64,000 nt of DNA from Gemmatimonadaceae bacterium (GTDB lineage Bacteria > Gemmatimonadota > Gemmatimonadetes > Gemmatimonadales > Gemmatimonadaceae): positions 16,059-80,058 of the forward strand of contig JBGAJQ010000017.1 of assembly GCA_044224875.1 (NCBI GenBank), in the 5' to 3' direction. This document shows positions 1 through 9,230 of this stretch, in pieces. Numbering within the stretch: the first letter of the stretch is position 1; each line of letters starts with the position of its first letter. The notes under the pieces were generated by a model. The model did not search any database. It saw nothing but the letters and a program-made list of their open reading frames with translations, and was not told the origin of the DNA. The translations under genes were made by a program, and so were the position numbers.

Positions 1-2
1 CA

Positions 3-1031
3 CAGCTGGGAAACACCTGGGTCCCGGAGTTCGATGCCTTGGGAGCGCTCCTCCCGCTCGACTCGCTGATCGCGGCCACCCAATGGCCCGTCGGCGACTT
101 CTTCCCCGGCATCTGGGCCACCAATGTCATCGACGGCCGCACACTCGGCGTGCCATGGTACGTGGACACACGTGCCATGTTCTACCGAGCAGATCTGCTG
201 GCCAAGGCCGGAATCACGGCCATGCCGACCACGTGGGATGCATGGGTGGACGCGATGCGGCGAGTACGCGGCTTGTCGGGTGGCCGGGACTTTGCCGTCT
301 TCATCCCCGTGAATGAGTGGGCGCAGTCCGTCGTGTTGGCGCAGCAAACGGGATCGCCCCTCCTGGGAGAACGCGGCACACGCGGTGACTTTCAGGGCCC
401 GGAATTTCGCAAGGCACTGGGATTTCTGTTGAAGCTGTTTGCCGATTCCCTGGCGCCGATCGCTGGTACACAACAGATCGCGAACCTGTACCAGGAGTTC
501 GCCCGCGGGTACTTCGCGATGTACATCTCCGGTCCGTGGAATATCGGCGAGTTCGCGCGCCGCATGCCGCCGGAGCTACGGGATGCGTGGGCGACCGCGC
601 CACTCCCCGGTCCGTACGGTGACTCGAGCCGTGTGTCCCTCGCCGGCGGATCGTCTCTGTCCGTACTCTCCTCGTCGAAACATGTGACCGAGGCGTGGGC
701 ACTGCTGACGTTTCTTTCGCAGCCGGAGCAACAAGCACAGTTCTATCGCCTGAGCGGTGACTTGCCAGCACGAAGGACGGCGTGGCAGGACAGTTCGCTT
801 GCGCAGAACACGCGTGCCGCCGCCTTCTTCGATCAGCTGCAACGCGTGCAGCCGCTCCCGGCCGTACCGGAGTGGGAACAGATCGCCACCAAGGTGCAGG
901 AGTACGTTGAGGCCGTCATCCGAGGAAGCATGCGGCAGGACGACGCCCTTGCGGCACTCGACCGCGACGTCGACATCATGTTGGAGAAGCGGCGCTGGCT
1001 CCTGGAACGACGCCGGGTGGTGAGCCGCTGA
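3..1031 (+). CDS. Sugar ABC transporter substrate-binding protein (5'-truncated by window edge)
   Basis: The frame is open from position 3 (QLGNTWVPEF...). It has SBP_bac_1-like segments (GVPWYVDTRAMFYRADLL, AMYISGPW, SLAGGSSL) and is followed by two permeases. Confidence 0.9.
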   Translation, partial: QLGNTWVPEFDALGALLPLDSLIAATQWPVGDFFPGIWATNVIDGRTLGVPWYVDTRAMFYRADLLAKAGITAMPTTWDAWVDAMRRVRGLSGGRDFAVFIPVNEWAQSVVLAQQTGSPLLGERGTRGDFQGPEFRKALGFLLKLFADSLAPIAGTQQIANLYQEFARGYFAMYISGPWNIGEFARRMPPELRDAWATAPLPGPYGDSSRVSLAGGSSLSVLSSSKHVTEAWALLTFLSQPEQQAQFYRLSGDLPARRTAWQDSSLAQNTRAAAFFDQLQRVQPLPAVPEWEQIATKVQEYVEAVIRGSMRQDDALAALDRDVDIMLEKRRWLLERRRVVSR

Positions 1032-1906
1032 TGCAAGTACGCGAGCGCGTCCCTTGGCTCTTCCTGACCCCCGGAATCGCGCTCATTGCGGTGTTCTTCG
1101 CGCTCCCAGTCGTCGCGGCGTTCGTCCTGTCTTTCACCGACTTCGACATCTACGCGCTTGCGGATATCTCCGTCATGCGCTGGGTCGGTTTCCAGAACTA
1201 CGCGCGGTTGCTATCCAGCCCGGACTTCCTGAAGGCCCTTCGAAACACGTTCTACTTCGTGATCGTTGGTGGGCCGCTCTCGGTCGGCGTGTCGCTGGCG
1301 GCGGCGATGTTGGTCAATGCGCGATTGGCGCCCTTCAAGGGTTTCTTCCGCACGATCTACTTTGCCCCAGTCGTCACCACGGTTGTCGCCGTCGCTGTCG
1401 TCTGGCGCTATCTGTATCATCCCACGTACGGCCTCATCAACTGGGCACTTGGCTCGTTAGGTGTGGCGCCGATCGACTGGCTGGGTGACCCGACCTGGGC
1501 CATGCCAGCCATCATCATCATGGCCGTGTGGAAGAACTTCGGCTACAACATGGTGGTGTTCATCGCTGGGTTGCAGAACATCCCCGAAGAGCTGCACGAG
1601 GCGGCGACGTTGGACGGCGCCGGCGCCTGGCACCGCTTCCGGCACATCACGCTCCCCATGCTGGCGCCAACGTTTGTCTTCGTTGGACTCATCACGATGA
1701 TCGGGTATTTCCAGCTGTTCGCTGAGCCGTATGTGATGACGCAAGGGGGACCGGTGCGCAGTACGGTGAGTCTGGTACTTCTGATGTATGAGGAAGGGTT
1801 CCGATGGTGGCGCATGGGCTACGCGGCGGCTATCGCCTTTGTCCTGTTCGCGATCATGGCGGCCTTCACGTTGGTGCAGCTGCGCCTGCGACGAGAGGAA
1901 CCATGA
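1031..1906 (+). CDS. Carbohydrate ABC transporter permease (MalF/UgpA-like)
   Basis: Multiple TM segments and an EAA motif (EAATLDGAGAWHRFRHITLP). The start overlaps the upstream stop (TGATG). Confidence 0.93.
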   Translation: MQVRERVPWLFLTPGIALIAVFFALPVVAAFVLSFTDFDIYALADISVMRWVGFQNYARLLSSPDFLKALRNTFYFVIVGGPLSVGVSLAAAMLVNARLAPFKGFFRTIYFAPVVTTVVAVAVVWRYLYHPTYGLINWALGSLGVAPIDWLGDPTWAMPAIIIMAVWKNFGYNMVVFIAGLQNIPEELHEAATLDGAGAWHRFRHITLPMLAPTFVFVGLITMIGYFQLFAEPYVMTQGGPVRSTVSLVLLMYEEGFRWWRMGYAAAIAFVLFAIMAAFTLVQLRLRREEP

Positions 1907-2724
1907 GTACGCCAGTGCGACGGGTTCTCCTCGGCGCTCTGTTAGGCATCGGTGCGTTGGTGACGCTCGCGCCACTATTGTGGATGCTGTCGATCTCCTT
2001 CATGCCATCGGGCGACGCCAACACGTTTCCTCCCCGGTTGCTCCCGCGCGTCTGGACACTCGAGCACTATCGAGCGCTCTTCACGCGACTGGAGCTTGCC
2101 CGCTATGTAGTCAACTCCATCGTCCTCGCGTCGACCGTGACGGTGGTGTCCCTCCTGATCAACAGCATGGCGGGGTACGCCTTTGCGAAGTACCGGTTTC
2201 GAGGGCGCGACTCGTTGTACCGCGCCTTGCTCGGCGCCCTGGTGATCCCAGCACAGGTGGCGATGCTCCCGCTCTTTCTTCTCCTCAAGACGATGGGCCT
2301 CGTGAACACCTACGTCGGGGCCATGATTCCGGGACTGGCCAGCATCTTCGGAATCTTCCTCGTTCGACAGTACGCCCTGTCGATTCCCGATGACTTGTTG
2401 GACGCAGCGCGCATCGATGGAGCTGGCGAGTGGCGCATCTACCGGTCGATCGTGCTCCCCATCATACGGCCGATACTGGTGACGCTCGCCGTGTTCACGT
2501 TCATGGGGACGTGGAATGACTTCATGTGGCCCTTGATCATCCTGAGCGACGATGCGCGTTACACGCTGCCCGTGGCGCTCGCCAACCTGTCGCTCGAGCA
2601 CGTGCAGGATACGGAACTCATGATGGCCGGAGCCGTGCTCACCGTCCTGCCCGTGATGGCGTTGTTCGTGGTACTGCAACGTCAGTACATCGCTGGCATC
2701 ACGACAGGGAGCGTCAAAGGATGA
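1903..2724 (+). CDS. Carbohydrate ABC transporter permease (MalG/UgpE-like)
   Basis: DAARIDGAGEWRIYRSIVLP, WNDFMWPL and a C-terminal GSVKG. ATGA overlap places the start at 1903. Confidence 0.93.
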   Translation: MSTPVRRVLLGALLGIGALVTLAPLLWMLSISFMPSGDANTFPPRLLPRVWTLEHYRALFTRLELARYVVNSIVLASTVTVVSLLINSMAGYAFAKYRFRGRDSLYRALLGALVIPAQVAMLPLFLLLKTMGLVNTYVGAMIPGLASIFGIFLVRQYALSIPDDLLDAARIDGAGEWRIYRSIVLPIIRPILVTLAVFTFMGTWNDFMWPLIILSDDARYTLPVALANLSLEHVQDTELMMAGAVLTVLPVMALFVVLQRQYIAGITTGSVKG

Positions 2725-5700
2725 TGCCGTGGCCGGTCGCCGCGCTCGCTAGTGGGCTGTTGGTCGCCAGCGCCGGCGTGGTGACGGGACAGGCGACCAC
2801 ACGGATGTTGGACGGCTTTGAGAAGGTGTCCGACTGGACCGCCGTTCCCAGTGACGGCGCCACGATGAAGCTCTCGGCGGCACCCGGACGACATGGGCAG
2901 TCACTGCGCATCGACTTCGACTTGACCGGTGGCGGCTACGTCATCGTCCGGCGGACTCTCGATCTTACGCTGCCGACCAACTACGAGTTCGGACTCCAGG
3001 TGCGTGGTAGGGCTCGCCGGAACAACCTCGAGTTCAAGCTCGTGGATCCTTCCGGCGAGAACGTGTGGTGGTCGAACCAGCGGCGTTTTGCGTTTCCCGC
3101 GCAGTGGCAGCAGATGATCCGGAAGCGGCGGCATATCTCCTTCGCGTGGGGCCCAGCCGGCGGTGGCCAGCTCGAACGCGTTGGCGCAATTGAGCTGGCG
3201 ATCACGGCCGGCGACGGAGGACGAGGGACCGTCTGGCTGGACGACCTGACGATCACCACACTGCCAGACCCCCCTGCGACCACACCGCCCGTCATCGCGA
3301 GTGGCGCCTCGAGCCCAGCCAACCCAGCGCCGGCCTCCGTCGATGGCGACTCCTCCACGGCCTGGCGATCGCCAAACCCGACCGGATCGCTTCTCCTGGA
3401 CCTCGGCGTCGTGCGGGAGTTCGGTGGCCTCACCATTGTCTGGGCCGACGGAAAGCCCCCGGCGCGCGCCGACGTCGAGGCGTCCCGGGATGGGCGCACA
3501 TGGCAGCGACTCGGGCAACTGACGGCGCCATGGGGTCCCGCGTCGAACCTTTGGCTCCCGGAGTCCGACGCGCGCTACCTCCGACTCACAGTGAGGTCTC
3601 GGGCTGCTCTGCCCGGGATCTCAGAGGTGGCGGTTCGGCCCCTGACTTGGGCCGAGTCGCCTAACGACTTCGCCGTTGTCGTGGCCCGCGCGGCGCCGCG
3701 GGGCATTTTCCCCCGCGCGATCTCCGGGGAGCCCTCCTATTGGACTGCCTTTGGAGCCGATCGCGACTCATCGGAAGCCTTGTTGAACACGGACGGGGTC
3801 ATCGAGCCGTTCAGTGGGGGCTTCTCCCTCGAGCCCTTGGTAACGATCGAAGGACGAACGTACACTTGGGCGAGCGTGTCGCATACCACATTTCTTGAAG
3901 GCCAGCTGCTGCCCTTCCCCGTGAGTCGTTGGGAGGCGCCAGGCTGGACCCTCGATGTAGCGCCGTTCGCGCCCGCGACCGACCGCTCGGCGACCATCTA
4001 TGCGCGGTACATACTGCGAAACCGGTCGGCCACGCCGCTATCCGCGTCGCTAGGCATTGCCCTCCGGCCCTTCCAGGTGAACCCGCCGTGGCAGTTTCTG
4101 CAGACCCCGGGTGGCATTTCGGAGATTCATCGGATTTCTCGACGCGGTACACAGCTCACGATAAACGGCGACCGCCAGCTCCAACTCCTGACTGCTCCGT
4201 CGTCCATCTCGGTGAGTACGTACGATCGCGGCGACATCGTGGCGCGGCGGCTGGCGAACGACGTGGTGCGCGGAGACTCGGTGAGCGATCCCAGCGGACG
4301 CGCGTCTGCCCTGCTCGGCTACGACCTGCTCGTCGCCCCGGGTGACTCGCAAGTCGTCGTGCTCGCTGCTCCGTCGGCTCCGACATCCGCCGCTCTGCCG
4401 CTCGCGGCGATCGACTCGGTGCGCCAACACGCGATGGCGTGGTGGACCGCGCAACTGAACGAGCCGCTCTTTGCCCTGCCGGACGAGGCCCAACCGCTGC
4501 TTGCAACCCTTCGCGCGTCCCTTGCCTCTATCCTGTTGATGCGCGACGGCTCCGCACTGCGTCCCGGAGCACGATCGTACGCACGGTCGTGGATTCGAGA
4601 CGGCGCCATGATGTCCGCCGCACTCCTGCGCGCGGGAATGGCCGACGTCGTGCGCACCTACGCCGACTGGTACGCACCCTTCCAGTACGCCAACGGGAAG
4701 ATCCCGTGTTGTGTGGACGATCGGGGCGCCGACCCAGTACCTGAGCACGACTCGCACGGCGAGTTCATCTACCTGATCGCCGAATACGTCCGCTACACCG
4801 GGGATCGTGCCTTTGCGGTTAGGCACTGGCCAGCGGTCGTTCGAGCCATGCAGTACATCGGCCAACTGCGGGCGCAACGTCTCACCCCGGAGTTCCGCAA
4901 CGGACCGTACTACGGAATCATGCCGCCATCAATCAGCCACGAAGGGTACTCGGCCAAGCCGATGCACTCGTATTGGGATGACTTCTGGACCATGCGTGGC
5001 CTGAAGGACGCCGCGTGGCTTTCCGAATGGTTAGGCACCCCCGAGGCGAACGAGTACCGAGACGTGAGGGACGCCGTCCGGACCGATCTGGGCAACTCCA
5101 TACAGCGATCCATGCAGCTGCATCGGGTGCCGTACATCCCCGGCGCGGCTGACCTTGGAGATTTTGATGCGACATCCACCACCATTGCCGTCTCGCCAGT
5201 AGACGAGCTGGGGTACCTCCCGGCAGAGGCCGTCGACTCCACCTTCGACCGCTTCTACCAGTTCTTTCGCGCGCGACGCGACGGACAGCTGGCGTGGGAG
5301 AACTACACGCCCTACGAACTTCGCCTGATGGGGACCATGATCAGGCTTGGGTATCGCGATCGGGCGATGGAGCTGGCGGAGTACTACCTGAAGGACCAAC
5401 GCCCATCTGGCTGGCGACAGTGGGCGGAGGTGGTCTGGCGCGATTCCACCGCGACGCGCTTCATCGGGGACCTGCCGCATGCGTGGGTCGCATCGGATTT
5501 CGTGCGTTCATTCTTTGATGTCTTTGCCTTCGAGCGCGAGCGTGACCGGACCTTGATCCTTGGCGCGGGCATTCCGGCGAAATGGCTGGACAGTCGTCAG
5601 CCCGTGTCGGTGCGTGGCCTGCGCACCCAGTACGGTGTGGTGGACCTGACGCTGCAACGAATGGGCGATGTCGTGGAGGTCAGCGTGTCGGTCGCGAGCT

Positions 5701-5864
5701 TGCCGCCTAGCGGCCTCGTGTTGGCCCTTCCCTTCGAGGTGCTTGGCGAGACGTTCCGTGATCCGGCCGGACGCGTCATCGCCGAGCGGTCGGGTTCCAC
5801 GCTTCGACTGCTGCAACCGGCCACAACCCTGACCGTCCCGATCCGGGACTCACGCCATCGTTAG
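2721..5864 (+). CDS. Secreted multidomain glycosidase: CBM-like domain, F5/8 (discoidin) domain and a C-terminal (alpha/alpha)6 glycoside hydrolase-like domain
   Basis: Signal-peptide-like N-terminus; VDGDSSTAWRS...LDLG discoidin motif; PGARSYARSWIRDG and EHDSHGEF six-hairpin GH-type motifs. ATGA coupling to the permease. Confidence 0.8.
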   Translation: MMPWPVAALASGLLVASAGVVTGQATTRMLDGFEKVSDWTAVPSDGATMKLSAAPGRHGQSLRIDFDLTGGGYVIVRRTLDLTLPTNYEFGLQVRGRARRNNLEFKLVDPSGENVWWSNQRRFAFPAQWQQMIRKRRHISFAWGPAGGGQLERVGAIELAITAGDGGRGTVWLDDLTITTLPDPPATTPPVIASGASSPANPAPASVDGDSSTAWRSPNPTGSLLLDLGVVREFGGLTIVWADGKPPARADVEASRDGRTWQRLGQLTAPWGPASNLWLPESDARYLRLTVRSRAALPGISEVAVRPLTWAESPNDFAVVVARAAPRGIFPRAISGEPSYWTAFGADRDSSEALLNTDGVIEPFSGGFSLEPLVTIEGRTYTWASVSHTTFLEGQLLPFPVSRWEAPGWTLDVAPFAPATDRSATIYARYILRNRSATPLSASLGIALRPFQVNPPWQFLQTPGGISEIHRISRRGTQLTINGDRQLQLLTAPSSISVSTYDRGDIVARRLANDVVRGDSVSDPSGRASALLGYDLLVAPGDSQVVVLAAPSAPTSAALPLAAIDSVRQHAMAWWTAQLNEPLFALPDEAQPLLATLRASLASILLMRDGSALRPGARSYARSWIRDGAMMSAALLRAGMADVVRTYADWYAPFQYANGKIPCCVDDRGADPVPEHDSHGEFIYLIAEYVRYTGDRAFAVRHWPAVVRAMQYIGQLRAQRLTPEFRNGPYYGIMPPSISHEGYSAKPMHSYWDDFWTMRGLKDAAWLSEWLGTPEANEYRDVRDAVRTDLGNSIQRSMQLHRVPYIPGAADLGDFDATSTTIAVSPVDELGYLPAEAVDSTFDRFYQFFRARRDGQLAWENYTPYELRLMGTMIRLGYRDRAMELAEYYLKDQRPSGWRQWAEVVWRDSTATRFIGDLPHAWVASDFVRSFFDVFAFERERDRTLILGAGIPAKWLDSRQPVSVRGLRTQYGVVDLTLQRMGDVVEVSVSVASLPPSGLVLALPFEVLGETFRDPAGRVIAERSGSTLRLLQPATTLTVPIRDSRHR

Positions 5865-7231
5865 GTATGCGCGCCCGGAACGGTGCAGAGGTTCGCCCCA
5901 CGCGACCGAATGACGTCTCGATAGTACAACGCACTGGCCTTTGGCGTGCGTTCCATCGTTTCGTAGTCCACGTGCACGATCCCGAACCGTTTGGAGTAGC
6001 CGAGGCTCCACTCGAAGTTGTCCAGCAGGGACCAGGCGAAGTACCCGCGCACGTCTACGCCAAGCGCACGCGCGTCCAGCACGGCGCGCAGGTGAGACCG
6101 GAAGTAGTCGACGCGAAGTGGATCTTCCACGCGGCCATTCAAAGCGCGCGGTGGATCGTAGAAGGCCGCGCCATTCTCCGTGATGTACAACGGAATGGGG
6201 CCGTAACGCTCCTTCAGGCTCGTCAGCAACGTGGTCAGCGCCGGCGCATGCACTTCCCAGCCCGTTTCAGTGTAGGTGTGGCCACGCTGCCGGACGTTGC
6301 GGGAGTGAACGGGCCAAGCGTCTGGGGCGTGTGCCGTCACGCCGCGAGTGTAATAGTTGATTCCAACGAAATCGATCGGCTGCGCCATGAGGGCAAAGTC
6401 GGCCGGTGCGAATTCCGGCCAGGCCGACCCGAAGATCTCCCTCATTTCGTCCGGATACTTTCCCAGCAGGATCGCGTCCAGGTACTGACGATTCATGTAC
6501 GCATCGGCGCGCCGCGTAGCGGCGATGTCTTCGGGGCGTTCGGACGCAGCGACCTTGGGCTCCAGGTTCACCACCATTCCGATCTGCTTCACAGCGGCGG
6601 CCCTCGCCGCCTGGACGGCAGCGCCGTGGGCACGCATCAAGTTGTTCGTCGCGAGGGGCGTCTCGAACAGGTTCTTATGACCGGGCGCCAACGCGCCGTG
6701 CAGGTACCCGCCGTCAGTCACAACCCACGGTTCGTTCAGCGTCGCCCACATCGCCACCCGGTCACCCAACGCGCGATACATGACGTCGGCATAGTCTGCG
6801 AACCAGCTGGCGATGTCGCGATTCAACCATCCGCCGCGGTCATCGAGCGCAGCCGGCAAGTCCCAGTGATACAGTGTGACATTCGGCGCCATCCCGGCGC
6901 TCAGCAGCTCGTCCACCAACCGACGGTAGTGGTCCAGCCCGCGCTCATTGATGTGCCCTGTGCCGGACGGCAGGATCCGAGACCACGAAATGCTGAATCG
7001 ATAGGCGTTGAAATTGAGGTCGCGCATGAGCGCGACATCTGCCGCGTAGCGACGGTAGTGATCACAGGCAATGTCACCCGTCTCTCCGCCAGCCGTCAGC
7101 CCGGGCGTATGAACAAAGCGATGCCAGATGCTGGCACCGGCCCCATCAGCCAACGGCGATCCTTCGATCTGATACGCCGACGTGGCGGCACCCCACAGGA
7201 AGTTCTCGGGAAAAAGCGGGATATCACTCAT
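5861..7231 (-). CDS. GH1 beta-glucosidase
   Basis: [19 protein letters not shown] (acid/base), YITENG (nucleophile) and WSLLDNFEW. Confidence 0.95.
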   Translation of the reverse strand: MSDIPLFPENFLWGAATSAYQIEGSPLADGAGASIWHRFVHTPGLTAGGETGDIACDHYRRYAADVALMRDLNFNAYRFSISWSRILPSGTGHINERGLDHYRRLVDELLSAGMAPNVTLYHWDLPAALDDRGGWLNRDIASWFADYADVMYRALGDRVAMWATLNEPWVVTDGGYLHGALAPGHKNLFETPLATNNLMRAHGAAVQAARAAAVKQIGMVVNLEPKVAASERPEDIAATRRADAYMNRQYLDAILLGKYPDEMREIFGSAWPEFAPADFALMAQPIDFVGINYYTRGVTAHAPDAWPVHSRNVRQRGHTYTETGWEVHAPALTTLLTSLKERYGPIPLYITENGAAFYDPPRALNGRVEDPLRVDYFRSHLRAVLDARALGVDVRGYFAWSLLDNFEWSLGYSKRFGIVHVDYETMERTPKASALYYRDVIRSRGANLCTVPGAHT

Positions 7232-7245
7232 ACAGGCAGCAGATC

Positions 7246-8352
7246 ATGGCACGCGTACGTCTCGTAGGAGTCAGCAAAATATACCAGAAAGAGGGCGGCG
7301 TTGCGGCCGTCAGCGGCGTCGACCTGGATGTCGCCCATGGCGAGTTCGTCGTGCTGGTTGGTCCCTCAGGCTGCGGCAAGAGTACCACCCTTCGCATGAT
7401 CGCTGGTCTCGAGACGATCTCCTCGGGCGATCTCTTCATCGACGACCGTCGCGTCAACGATGTGTCCCCGGACGCGCGCGATATTGCCATGGTCTTTCAG
7501 AACTATGCGCTGTATCCGCACATGACGGTGCGGCAAAATCTCGCCTTCGCCCTCCAGCTCCGCAAAGCACCGCCTGCCGAGATTGCGCGCCGCGTCACCG
7601 AAGCGGCTGGCATCCTCGGCATTGAATCACTGCTCGATCGCCGACCGAAACAGCTCTCGGGTGGGCAACGGCAGCGAGTGGCCGTGGGGCGCGCCATCGT
7701 GCGCGAGCCGCGCGCGTTCCTCTTCGACGAGCCACTGTCAAACCTGGACGCTGCTCTCCGGGTACAAATGCGACGCGAGATCGCACGAATCCATCGCCGC
7801 TTGGCCGCGACCATGATTTACGTCACCCACGATCAGGTCGAGGCCATGACACTGGGCGACCGCATCGTCGTGATGCATGGCGGGCGAATCATGCAGGTCG
7901 GCACACCCTCCGAGCTGTACGACCGGCCGGCCAACCGATTCGTGGCCGGCTTCATCGGAACTCCCTCGATGTCGTTCATTGAAGGTGTCTACGACGCTGA
8001 CCGAAGGACGTTCGGCGCCGCTGCGCTTGGCACGGTGTCGCAACCCATGCCTAACGGCATTGCGTCGGCCATGAGCCGCTCGACTACCGGTCGCGTGCAT
8101 ATAGGCGTGAGGCCTGAACACGTTTCGATCACTCCGCCGGCCGATCCCGGACACGCGCTGCGCGTGACACTCCCCACGGACTTGGTGGAAAGCATCGGGA
8201 GCGAGTGTTACGCCTACTTCGTGCTGGGGCCCACGCACCTCGTGGCCCGCTGCCAACCCGCCGATGCGCCGGTCGCTGGGGCATCCGCCGACGCCTGGAT
8301 CGACTTGCGATACGTCCACTGCTTCGACGCGACGAATGGCGAGCGATTGTAA
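7246..8352 (+). CDS. Sugar ABC transporter ATP-binding protein (MalK/UgpC-like)
   Basis: Walker [30 protein letters not shown] and [15 protein letters not shown]. Confidence 0.95.
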   Translation: MARVRLVGVSKIYQKEGGVAAVSGVDLDVAHGEFVVLVGPSGCGKSTTLRMIAGLETISSGDLFIDDRRVNDVSPDARDIAMVFQNYALYPHMTVRQNLAFALQLRKAPPAEIARRVTEAAGILGIESLLDRRPKQLSGGQRQRVAVGRAIVREPRAFLFDEPLSNLDAALRVQMRREIARIHRRLAATMIYVTHDQVEAMTLGDRIVVMHGGRIMQVGTPSELYDRPANRFVAGFIGTPSMSFIEGVYDADRRTFGAAALGTVSQPMPNGIASAMSRSTTGRVHIGVRPEHVSITPPADPGHALRVTLPTDLVESIGSECYAYFVLGPTHLVARCQPADAPVAGASADAWIDLRYVHCFDATNGERL

Positions 8353-8433
8353 GCTCCTGACTGCGGACCAACGACCTACCGTGGAGCGTCTTTTTGCGGC
8401 GGCAGCCGCGCCCGCCATTGCCTGATGCGGCGC

Positions 8434-9141
8434 CTAACGTGGACCTCGTCCACCGAACCCACTCACCGAACTGATCCGAACGTAAATCGGCTGACGAATG
8501 GCATCGAATCCCCTCGCGGTTCGGCTCTGTAGGTTGCCATCCTGGAACTGGTACAGCACGGAGTCGAGCCGGACGTTCCAGCGCCACTGTTCAACGGAAA
8601 TCGCCAATCGATTTCGACCAAACCTGGGCAGCACCTCCACGCCATAGAACACCGGCAGCACAGGTTTGAAGGGCACCGCGGCAGCTCCACCAAAGAAACG
8701 CACGCGGAGCCGCGACGCATCGATGGCGTCCAGCGACACTACCCCCGCGACGTCCAAGTACGAGTATTGCGGAACGTTGCTCGTTGGCTCCGTGCGAGTG
8801 ACGGAGGAGCTTCCGCTGGGAACGGGTGCCTGCACCGTCTCGAAGAAACACTTTTCACGCTTGAACGGGTTGCCGTACACGAGGTCTCCGCGAATCCCCA
8901 GCGATAGTCGGGGCGCGAAGCCACGGTTCATCGCCGTTCCAACGTGCATTGACACCTGCGATCCGCAGCGCTGCGCGTTGAACTCTCGCGGTGCAGACCA
9001 GCTGGCGCCAACGCCAATCCACGATTCTCGCGGGGGAACTGGCCCACCCTGGGCGCCGACCGGAGTCGAGAGCGCCGCCAGACAAGACCCCGCGAAGACA
9101 ACGTGCCGCAGTCGCCCGGGCGTCGCCGCACCGTGCCGCAT
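8434..9141 (-). CDS. Hypothetical secreted or outer-membrane protein
   Basis: Signal-peptide-like segment ending VGAQ and alternating beta-strand-like segments. The start is uncertain. Confidence 0.55.
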   Translation of the reverse strand: MRHGAATPGRLRHVVFAGSCLAALSTPVGAQGGPVPPRESWIGVGASWSAPREFNAQRCGSQVSMHVGTAMNRGFAPRLSLGIRGDLVYGNPFKREKCFFETVQAPVPSGSSSVTRTEPTSNVPQYSYLDVAGVVSLDAIDASRLRVRFFGGAAAVPFKPVLPVFYGVEVLPRFGRNRLAISVEQWRWNVRLDSVLYQFQDGNLQSRTARGFDAIRQPIYVRISSVSGFGGRGPR

Positions 9142-9230
9142 TGTGACGCCGGCTGAGTTAGTCCGCCGGACAGGCCGGAACAAAGGGTCGCGCATAATCA
9201 TCGTATCAACCCGAGGGGTGAAGCTGGTCA

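Noticed and set aside
5867..7267. 466-aa ORF antisense to GH1 (and similar long antisense ORFs, e.g. 28040-29722 and 52209-53369)
   Set aside because: These are shadow ORFs expected from high-GC codon bias. They have no motifs, and the opposite strand encodes clear enzymes.
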